Below are positions 19,772 through 26,840 of a DNA stretch of 41,561 nt, in pieces. The DNA lies in NCBI GenBank assembly GCA_001824215.1, contig MHWS01000003.1, forward strand, positions 1 to 41,561, written 5' to 3'. Both the position numbers and the translations under genes were made by a program. The notes under the pieces were generated by a model. The model was not told where the DNA came from, searched no databases, and worked only from the letters and a program-made list of their open reading frames with translations. The first letter of the stretch is position 1. Each line of letters opens with the position of its first letter. The DNA comes from Candidatus Zambryskibacteria bacterium RIFCSPLOWO2_12_FULL_39_16. GTDB taxonomy: Bacteria; Patescibacteriota; Minisyncoccia; Phycocordibacterales; WO2-35-19.

Positions 19772-21192
19772 TGGATATTTCAAACCTAACAATCAAAGAA
19801 ACTCGCCGGCTTCTTGATTCAAAAGAGTTAAGTACAAAAGAACTTGCAAAAAGTTGCCTTAAAAATATTGAGAATAAAAACAAAGAACTCAATATTTTTT
19901 TGGAAGTTTATGAAGATGTTATAAAACAAGCTATTCTTGCCCAAGAAATCATTGATAAGGGCGAGGCCAAATATTTGACTGGCATACCGTTAGCTATTAA
20001 AGATAATATTTTAATAAAAGGAAAAAAAGCCAGCGCCGCTTCAAAAATCCTTGAAAATTATAGGGCTACTTATACCGCTACTGCTGCTCAAAAATTGATT
20101 GACCAAAGTGCCATATTTATAGGTAGGACAAATATGGACGAATTTGCGATGGGTAGCTCGACCGAAAATTCTGCCTTTGGGGTAACCAAAAACCCTTATG
20201 ATATCTCTCGGGTGGCTGGTGGCTCTTCTGGCGGCTCAGCAGCTGCTGTGGCGGCAAATATGGCTCTAGGAGCCCTTGGTTCTGATACTGGTGGGTCAAT
20301 AAGGGAACCAGCAAGCTTTTGCGGGGTAGTGGGATTGAAACCTACCTATGGCAGCGTTTCCCGTTATGGTTTAATGGCCATGGGCTCGTCTTTAGATGTT
20401 ATAGGTCCGATTGCCAAAACGGTCTCTGATACCGAAATAATTTTTAATGCAATAAAAGGCAGAGATAAAATGGACAGTACAAGTAGAGAAGGAAAGAAGG
20501 AAAGGTTAAAAGAAGAAAAGATTAAGATAGGAGTGCCTTATCATATTTTAGACCAAGAGGGTATATCAAAAGAAGTCAGGAAAAATTTTGATGAATCAAT
20601 AGAAAAAATTAAAAATCTTGGCTTTGAGATTAAAGATATAAAACTTCCAAATATGGACAAATCTTTGGCTGTTTATTACATCATTATGCCAGCCGAAGTT
20701 TCTTCCAATATGGCGAGATATGATGGGATTAAATACGGCCTTTCTGTAAGCGACAGGGACTTATTAAGTGTTTATAAAAAAACAAGAGGAGAGGGATTTG
20801 GCAGGGAAGTCAGGAGAAGAATTATTTTAGGCACCTATGTTCTTTCCTCCGGCTATTACGATGCATATTATGGTAAAGCTATGATGGCTAGAAAAATAAT
20901 TAGCGATGAATTTAGGGTCGCCTTTGACGCGGTAGATGCCATACTCACCCCAACTACGCCTGCTCCAGCTTGGAAAATTGGAGAAAAAAGTAGCCCATTG
21001 GAAAATTATCTGGCTGACATTTTCACTGTGACTGCAAACATTGTAGGCGCGCCAGCCATATCTCTACCATCTGGATATGCTAAAATTGAGGATAGTCTGT
21101 CAGCTGGGCTTCCATTAGGTATACAATTAATGGCGTCGCATATGTCGGAAGATATTTTATTTGAAATAGGTAAAAAATTTCTCAACGAATAA
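19771..21192 (+). CDS. gatA: Asp/Glu-tRNA amidotransferase subunit A
   Basis: AIKDNI, NMDEFAMGSSTENS, GGSSGGSAAAV, GSDTGGSIR, EVRRRIILGTYVLSSGYYDAYY. Confidence 0.98.
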   Translation: MDISNLTIKETRRLLDSKELSTKELAKSCLKNIENKNKELNIFLEVYEDVIKQAILAQEIIDKGEAKYLTGIPLAIKDNILIKGKKASAASKILENYRATYTATAAQKLIDQSAIFIGRTNMDEFAMGSSTENSAFGVTKNPYDISRVAGGSSGGSAAAVAANMALGALGSDTGGSIREPASFCGVVGLKPTYGSVSRYGLMAMGSSLDVIGPIAKTVSDTEIIFNAIKGRDKMDSTSREGKKERLKEEKIKIGVPYHILDQEGISKEVRKNFDESIEKIKNLGFEIKDIKLPNMDKSLAVYYIIMPAEVSSNMARYDGIKYGLSVSDRDLLSVYKKTRGEGFGREVRRRIILGTYVLSSGYYDAYYGKAMMARKIISDEFRVAFDAVDAILTPTTPAPAWKIGEKSSPLENYLADIFTVTANIVGAPAISLPSGYAKIEDSLSAGLPLGIQLMASHMSEDILFEIGKKFLNE

Positions 21193-21875
21193 TGCCTCCT
21201 AAAGATAAAAAAGAAAAACCAAAAGAAAAGCCGTCGGGTTGGGATTTTGATCCGATAGAAGGGATAGTAATCTTACTTCTTTTTATAGCTATTGCTGGTT
21301 CTCTCTTAACGATACTGTTAAATTATTTTGCTTCCGGAGATATTTCTTTTTATGGCTATAAGCTTTCTAATATAGTAGATTTCTTCAGATCAAACTCCTT
21401 ACTTTTCAAAATTCTAGGTTATATTGTCTCCGGTGCGGCCGCTATTGGTACTTTTATATTTATTAAAAAAGGGGATAGTATTTGGCGAGAAGAAAAAGCA
21501 AAACTTTATCCAAAAAATATACCAATAGTTTCTTCAAGTATTGGGCAGGTAAAAAATCAAAAACTGGAAAAATGGGAAAAAATCATTAAACTTTCAGAGT
21601 CCGAAAGTTCTTCTGATTGGCGGCTCTCGATTATAGAAGCCGATGTTATGCTTGGCGAGCTTTTAGAAAAACTTGGGTTACCGGGGGAAACAATGGGAGA
21701 AAGACTAAAAGCAGTGGAAAAAAGTGATTTTACGACTATAGAATATGCATGGGAAGCTCACAAGTTCCGTAATGTGATAGCTCATGGAGGAAATGATTTT
21801 CTTATTAACCAACGCGAAATCCGCCGCATCATTTCTTTATATGAAGCGGTCTTTAAGGAATTCTTCCTTATTTAG
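21192..21875 (+). CDS. Membrane protein with a C-terminal HEPN/DUF4145-like domain
   Basis: Two hydrophobic helices, then IIEAD..GETMGERL..AWEAHKFRNVIAH (Rx4H). Confidence 0.65.
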   Translation: MPPKDKKEKPKEKPSGWDFDPIEGIVILLLFIAIAGSLLTILLNYFASGDISFYGYKLSNIVDFFRSNSLLFKILGYIVSGAAAIGTFIFIKKGDSIWREEKAKLYPKNIPIVSSSIGQVKNQKLEKWEKIIKLSESESSSDWRLSIIEADVMLGELLEKLGLPGETMGERLKAVEKSDFTTIEYAWEAHKFRNVIAHGGNDFLINQREIRRIISLYEAVFKEFFLI

Positions 21876-21907
21876 ATTTTCCCTTCTCTACGCTTAGTGA
21901 TTTCGTG

Positions 21908-21978
21908 TTGCGGGGTTTAGATTTGCACTAAAATTTCAAGGTTATGAGCCTCGCGAGTTACTATTACTCTACCCCGCA
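21908..21978 (-). tRNA. tRNA-Met(CAT), initiator-like
   Basis: TGCGGGG/CCCCGCA acceptor stem, GAGT/ACTC D stem (A11-U24), CGAGG-CTCATAA-CCTTG anticodon arm, TTTAG-TGCAAAT-CTAAA T arm. Confidence 0.9.
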
Positions 21979-22038
21979 ATAAGCTTACATTATATACTCT
22001 TTTGGTTTTTTGGCAATTTATGATAAAGTGTAGAAACC

Positions 22039-22112
22039 GTCGGCGTAGCTCAGTTAGTTAGAGCGTGGGACTCATAAGCCCAAGGTCAGAGGTGCAATTC
22101 CTCTCGCCGACA
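22039..22112 (+). tRNA. tRNA with CAT anticodon (elongator Met, possibly Ile2)
   Basis: GTCGGCG/CGCCGAC acceptor stem, GCTC/GAGC D stem, CTCATAA loop, AGAGG-TGCAATT-CCTCT T arm. Confidence 0.9.
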
Positions 22113-22165
22113 CCCTAAGGATTTAGTGGCATTTTTTGAAAAAATCTGCTAAATTTCTCTTGTTT

Positions 22166-22239
22166 GCGGTCGTAGCTCAACTGGTTAGAGCACTCCCCTG
22201 TCACGGGAGAGGTTGCCGGTTCAAGTCCGGTCGACCGCG
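22166..22239 (+). tRNA. tRNA-Asp(GTC)
   Basis: GCGGTCG/CGACCGC acceptor stem, CTCCC-CTGTCAC-GGGAG anticodon arm, GCCGG-TTCAAGT-CCGGT T arm, G73. Confidence 0.96.
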
Positions 22240-22240
22240 C

Positions 22241-22265
22241 AAAAAACTGCCGAAAGGCAGTTTTC
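22241..22265 (+). terminator. Terminator after tRNA-Asp
   Basis: AAAACTGCC-GAAA-GGCAGTTTT. Confidence 0.8.
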
Positions 22266-22379
22266 GCGTACGAAGAAATATTTGGGTGATATTCCGTCCA
22301 GACTTGAACCTTTGTGGTGTTTTTTGTTTTATGAGCGTATAATAAAGCCAGTTATTAACCTAATGTTTTGATAAATTTT

Positions 22380-22742
22380 ATGACAAATGAAAAGAAAATT
22401 GAATGGATTTTGAGAGTTGGTGTGGCCGGCGAGTTTTTAGGTCACGGTGTCTTTGCTATTTTAGGCAAAGCTGATTGGATAAAGTGGACTGAGCAATTGG
22501 CTGGATTTGATACAGCAACTGCCACAACATTTATGCTTGTCGTAGGATTAGTGGATGTTGCATTAGCAATTTTGGTATTAACTAAACCAATCAGACCTAT
22601 TTTACTTTGGATGGCTTTTTGGGGGTTTTGGACCGCTCTTGTCAGGCCTTTAGTAGGCTTACCTGTCTGGGATTTCGTTGAGAGATTTGCCAATTGGGCA
22701 GCTCCTTTGGCGCTTTATTATTTCTACAAATCTAAAAAATAA
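22380..22742 (+). CDS. Small multi-TM membrane protein (DoxX-like)
   Basis: WILRVGVAGEFLGHG, about 4 TM helices, VERFANWAAPLAL. Confidence 0.65.
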   Translation: MTNEKKIEWILRVGVAGEFLGHGVFAILGKADWIKWTEQLAGFDTATATTFMLVVGLVDVALAILVLTKPIRPILLWMAFWGFWTALVRPLVGLPVWDFVERFANWAAPLALYYFYKSKK

Positions 22743-22769
22743 AGATTTTAATCATCAATTCCAAAAAAT

Positions 22770-23261
22770 ATGTTTGAATCATTTAGATTTGGCAAAAAAG
22801 CACCTCTAAGTCTTGATCTGAATAAAGAGAGTCCTAAAAAAATAAATGGAGAAGAGATAGATGCTGAAATAATAAACAAGGCAGAAAAAGAACATTATGA
22901 AAAAGAAGCTTTAAAAACTGGTGAAGAATTTGATCGTATTGTATTTGATATGAAGGTTCAGAGAAGAGAGGCTAATGAAATTATTAATTTTGTAAATGAT
23001 TGTATTGCAAAAAATCCTGATAGAGTAAATAAGGCTATGCCTCTGGATTATTTTTTTGATTTTATAGATAATGATGAAAGCGATTTTAGCTCTGAGACCA
23101 TAGCTTTGGCAGGGTCTTGGGTTAATAAATATAATAAAGAGATAGATCCTGGAAAACCCCTGGAAGAGTTCTTAAATTTTGTTATAAAAAAAGCACAGGA
23201 AGCAAACTTTTTGTTAAACCCAAATCTTAAAGAAAAATTACAAAATACGGATAGAAGTTAA
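22770..23261 (+). CDS. Hypothetical acidic protein
   Basis: 163 aa ORF filling the gap. No motif recognised. Confidence 0.65.
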   Translation: MFESFRFGKKAPLSLDLNKESPKKINGEEIDAEIINKAEKEHYEKEALKTGEEFDRIVFDMKVQRREANEIINFVNDCIAKNPDRVNKAMPLDYFFDFIDNDESDFSSETIALAGSWVNKYNKEIDPGKPLEEFLNFVIKKAQEANFLLNPNLKEKLQNTDRS

Positions 23262-23299
23262 ACCTGTGAAAAATAAAGAACTTTATTAATAATATAAAC

Positions 23300-23388
23300 A
23301 TATGCGCATCATCTTATCGATTGTAAGCACTGTCTTACATCAGTTTGGTAAAGGTCTGTCCGAAAACAAACAATCTCCAACTGCCTAA
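23300..23388 (-). ncRNA. Candidate structured non-coding RNA
   Basis: Minus strand: TAGAAT -10, then a long UUCG-capped hairpin that relies on G-U pairs, then a TGTAAG/CTTACA hairpin. No known family recognised. Confidence 0.35.
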
Positions 23389-23463
23389 ACATAAATTCTA
23401 GCTTGAAAAATAAGGATTTTTTAGCTGGTTTATTTTTTAGTGGAATAGGAGTAAAGTTTTGAT

Positions 23464-23925
23464 ATGAAAGATTGTGTATTCTGTAAAATCGTAAAAGGGG
23501 AGATGCCAAGCCATAAAATATGGGAAGATGAAAAACATCTTGCTTTTCTCTCTATTTTTCCAAACACAGAGGGTGCAACAGTGGTAATTCCCAAAGCTCA
23601 TTATTCAAGCTATGCTTTTGATTTGCCTGATAAAGTGCTGAATGAATTGATGCTTGCGACTAAAAAAGTAGCAAAGCTTCTTGATTCCAAGCTGGATGAT
23701 GTCGGTAGGACAGCCATGGTCTTTGAAGGATTCGGAGTTGATCATGTTCATTCAAAACTTTTTCCGATGCACGGGACAGAAAACATAAAAGAATGGAAAC
23801 CGATTTTATCAAGTAAAGATACACACAAATATTTTGATAAATACGAAGGATATATTTCCTCCAATGACTACGAGAGAGCAGATGATGAAAAACTTTCCGC
23901 TCTAGCCAAGAAAATAAGAGAATAA
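23464..23925 (+). CDS. HIT family nucleotide hydrolase
   Basis: DCVFCKIVKGE, AFLSIFP, VVIPKAH, variant triad HVHSK. Confidence 0.9.
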   Translation: MKDCVFCKIVKGEMPSHKIWEDEKHLAFLSIFPNTEGATVVIPKAHYSSYAFDLPDKVLNELMLATKKVAKLLDSKLDDVGRTAMVFEGFGVDHVHSKLFPMHGTENIKEWKPILSSKDTHKYFDKYEGYISSNDYERADDEKLSALAKKIRE

Positions 23926-23934
23926 AATAAAGAT

Positions 23935-24051
23935 ATGAAAGCGATAAGGATTATACTTCTCATACTCATAATCATCGGAATTATTTTGCTTGTCACTCAA
24001 AAATTTTGGGTGGACCCTCTCGTCAATTTCATATTGGCCCACGGAGGCTGA
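23935..24051 (+). CDS. Small membrane protein, 38 aa (not in the ORF track)
   Basis: MKAIRIILLILIIIGIILLVTQKFWVDPLVNFILAHGG. Starts 9 nt after the HIT stop and fills the gap. Confidence 0.7.
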   Translation: MKAIRIILLILIIIGIILLVTQKFWVDPLVNFILAHGG

Positions 24052-24073
24052 TAAAAAATGGTAGAATGAACTC

Positions 24074-24493
24074 ATGATTTTAACAAACCACGCTATAACG
24101 GGAGCGGCTCTGGCCAGTTTAGTACCAAATGAACCGCTGATTGGTTTTTCTGTCGGTTTCCTTTCTCACTTTGTCTTGGATGCTATACCTCATTGGGATT
24201 ATAAGTTAGGAAGTAAAAAAGAAGATGGTAATAAGATGAATGATGATTTGGCTATAAACAGAAAATTTATAAAAGATATTTTAAAAATTGGCACTGATGG
24301 TATGACTGGCCTTTTGCTAGCGTACTTTTTATTTAGTTTTTATATGAAAGTTTCAGTTTTTGCTGTTTTGTGCGGAGCTATCGGAGCTATGACCCCGGAT
24401 GCGTTGCAGTTTGTTTATATGAAATGGAGGTATGAACCTCTCATTAGTCTCCAACGATTTCATATCTGGATTCATGCTGATGAAGTTAAATAA
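24074..24493 (+). CDS. Membrane-bound metal-dependent hydrolase-like protein
   Basis: TNHAITG, SHFVLDAIPH, PD and FH..IH motifs between TM segments. Confidence 0.7.
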   Translation: MILTNHAITGAALASLVPNEPLIGFSVGFLSHFVLDAIPHWDYKLGSKKEDGNKMNDDLAINRKFIKDILKIGTDGMTGLLLAYFLFSFYMKVSVFAVLCGAIGAMTPDALQFVYMKWRYEPLISLQRFHIWIHADEVK

Positions 24494-24530
24494 ATAGATT
24501 TTGAGGGATAGTGTGGTAGATTTAGCTATC

Positions 24531-26774
24531 ATGAAATTCAAGATTAAAAGCGGTTTTAAGCCGGCTGGCGACCAGCCGCAAGCAATAGAAAAGCTGGTGG
24601 AAGGCTTAAAAAAAGGTTTGCGTCACCAGACCCTTTTGGGTGTAACTGGCTCAGGTAAGACATTTACAGTAGCAAATGTTATAAATGAAATCCAAAAACC
24701 GACTCTTGTTATCGCTCACAACAAAACTCTGGCTGCTCAGTTGGCTCAGGAATACAGAGAGTTTTTTCCTGAGAACGCTGTGCATTATTTTGTTTCTTAC
24801 TACGACTATTATCAACCGGAAGCATATATGCCGATTTCTGACACTTATATAGAGAAAGAGGCAATGATAAACGAAGAAATAGATCGGTTACGCCATGCTT
24901 CTACCCAAGCCCTTCTGACACGTAAGGATGTTATTATTGTGGCCTCGGTTTCCTGTATTTATGGATTAGGTTCTCCGATAGAATATGAAAAAGTGAATCT
25001 GAAAATTGTAAAAGGAGATAAAATATCTCGGACAGAATTTGTTCGCAGCTTAATTGGTATACATTTTGAACGTACTACCGCAGACCTTTCTTCTGGCCAA
25101 TTTAGGGCGGTCGGCAACACAGTGGAAATAATGCCAGTGTCTGAAAAAGTAATTTACAGAATTGAAATCGATGACGGAATAATAAAAGATATTTTAAAAA
25201 TAGACGCTATTACACGGACCATTTTGGAAAAAATAGAAGCTTTTTTCCTTTTCCCGGCAAAACATTTCATATCCACCAAAGAACAAAATGAAAGAGCTTT
25301 TAAAACAATCAAAACCGAACTGGCGGAGCGCTTAAAACAGCTTGAAAAAGAAGGAAAGCTTTTGGAAGCAGAACGTCTGAAACGTCGCACCAGTTATGAC
25401 TTGGCTCTTATCCGAGAAATGGGCTATTGCAACGGCATTGAAAATTACTCACGCCATTTCTCCGGCAAAAAATCAGGTGAAGCTCCCGATACCTTACTTT
25501 CGTATTTTTCTTCACCGGAAATCAGGGAAAAATTTAGTCCGCTTCACCCTGTCCGCACCAGCGGACGGGACCCTCACGGATCTAAATTTTTCCCTGATTT
25601 CCTTACTATCATTGACGAATCTCACGTCACCGTGCCACAAATTGGTGCAATGTATTCGGGAGATGCATCACGCAAACAATCACTAGTTGATTATGGATTT
25701 CGTCTACCTTCAGCCAAAGATAACAGACCGTTAAAATTTAAGGAATTTGAAGAGAGGGTCGGGCAGGTGATTTATACAAGTGCCACACCGAGCAATTATG
25801 AAAAGGAGCACAGTGAGCAGATAGTGGAACAAGTGATACGACCGACGGGCTTAGTTGACCCGGAAGTTCTGGTGCGCTCAATTACAGAAAGAAAAACCTC
25901 ACCCCCAACCCCTCTCCTTGCAAAGGAGAGGGGAGAAAAAAATAGAATTCCTGAGAACTCGAAGAAACCTTCTCGAGAGCAACTTTCGGAGCGCGACTGG
26001 CACGAGAAGGAGGGGATTTTTCAGCAGAAAAATACCCCGTTTGCTCGAGAGAACGGTTTTTTGGGTTCTTATTCGGGACAAATCGCTGATTTTATTTCCG
26101 AAGCAGAAAAAAGTATAAAAAAAGGAGGCAGAGTTATTGCAACCACTCTTACCAAAAAAATGGCGGAGGATTTGAGCGAGTACTTGAAAGAAAAAGGGAT
26201 TAAAGCTGAGTATTTGCATAGCGGCATAAAAACAATTGAAAGGATTGAAATTTTGACTCGGCTAAGGAAAGGAGAATTCGATTGCATAGTCGGAGTAAAT
26301 CTCCTTCGGGAAGGTTTAGATTTACCGGAAGTGACACTTATAGGAATTTTGGATGCAGACAAAGAAGGCTTTTTGCGTTCGGATACCTCGCTTATCCAAA
26401 TCATCGGCCGAGCGGCCCGAAATGTGGACGGCAAAGTTATTTTGTATGCCGATGTTATGACAGGCTCAATGGAGAGAGCCATAGATGAGACAAATCGTCG
26501 CCGGGAAAAACAAATCATTTATAATAAAAAGCATAACATCACTCCTAAAACAATCATAAAGAAAATCCAGGATATCACCGACCAGTTGCAATCCAAACAC
26601 CAAAAAACAGTCAAGGAACTTTTAACTTTTGACATAAAGACCGAAAAAAATATCAAAGCTCTGATTAAATACAAAGAGAAGCAGCTGAATTCTGCAGCGA
26701 AAATATTGGATTTTGAAACAGCGGCTCTTTTGCGAGATGAGATAAAAGAATTGGAAAAAATAAGAAAAGAGTGA
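24531..26774 (+). CDS. uvrB: Excinuclease ABC subunit B, with in-frame structured inserts
   Basis: PAGDQP, GVTGSGKT, YYDYYQPEAY, DESH, NLLREGLDLPEV, IGRAARN, C-terminal UVR domain. Confidence 0.98.
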   Translation: MKFKIKSGFKPAGDQPQAIEKLVEGLKKGLRHQTLLGVTGSGKTFTVANVINEIQKPTLVIAHNKTLAAQLAQEYREFFPENAVHYFVSYYDYYQPEAYMPISDTYIEKEAMINEEIDRLRHASTQALLTRKDVIIVASVSCIYGLGSPIEYEKVNLKIVKGDKISRTEFVRSLIGIHFERTTADLSSGQFRAVGNTVEIMPVSEKVIYRIEIDDGIIKDILKIDAITRTILEKIEAFFLFPAKHFISTKEQNERAFKTIKTELAERLKQLEKEGKLLEAERLKRRTSYDLALIREMGYCNGIENYSRHFSGKKSGEAPDTLLSYFSSPEIREKFSPLHPVRTSGRDPHGSKFFPDFLTIIDESHVTVPQIGAMYSGDASRKQSLVDYGFRLPSAKDNRPLKFKEFEERVGQVIYTSATPSNYEKEHSEQIVEQVIRPTGLVDPEVLVRSITERKTSPPTPLLAKERGEKNRIPENSKKPSREQLSERDWHEKEGIFQQKNTPFARENGFLGSYSGQIADFISEAEKSIKKGGRVIATTLTKKMAEDLSEYLKEKGIKAEYLHSGIKTIERIEILTRLRKGEFDCIVGVNLLREGLDLPEVTLIGILDADKEGFLRSDTSLIQIIGRAARNVDGKVILYADVMTGSMERAIDETNRRREKQIIYNKKHNITPKTIIKKIQDITDQLQSKHQKTVKELLTFDIKTEKNIKALIKYKEKQLNSAAKILDFETAALLRDEIKELEKIRKE
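25517..25602. repeat. 86 bp hairpin element in frame in uvrB
   Basis: Perfect 21 bp IR GGAAATCAGGGAAAAATTTAG / CTAAATTTTTCCCTGATTTCC, with inner GTCCGC-ACCA-GCGGAC. Confidence 0.9.
25897..25933. repeat. CCTCACCCC-type palindrome in frame in uvrB
   Basis: CCTCACCCCCAA-CCCCTCTCCTT-GCA-AAGGAGAGGGG. Same family as 3568-3610. Confidence 0.88.
25949..26078. repeat. About 130 bp nested hairpin element (AGCA loop) in frame in uvrB
   Basis: Imperfect IR of about 30 bp (GAGAACTCGAAGAAACC.. / ..GGTTTTTTGGGTTCTT), with inner ATTTTTC-AGCA-GAAAAAT. Confidence 0.8.
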
Positions 26775-26840
26775 TATCATACTGAATGCAATGATTTATA
26801 TACACCCTATTGGGCAAACCTTGGGTGAATTTCTGTGTTT

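Noticed and set aside
22136-22342. 68 aa ORF
   Set aside because: It is a translation of tRNA-Asp and its terminator.
23300-23390. Hammerhead or fluoride riboswitch match (CTGATG)
   Set aside because: It reads CTGATGT rather than CTGANGA, lacks a correctly placed GAAA core, and has no GGCGATGG 5' motif.
26803-26840. GGGCAAACC resembling a c-di-GMP-I riboswitch
   Set aside because: The following GNRA hairpin, the GCAAAGC junction and the second stem are absent.
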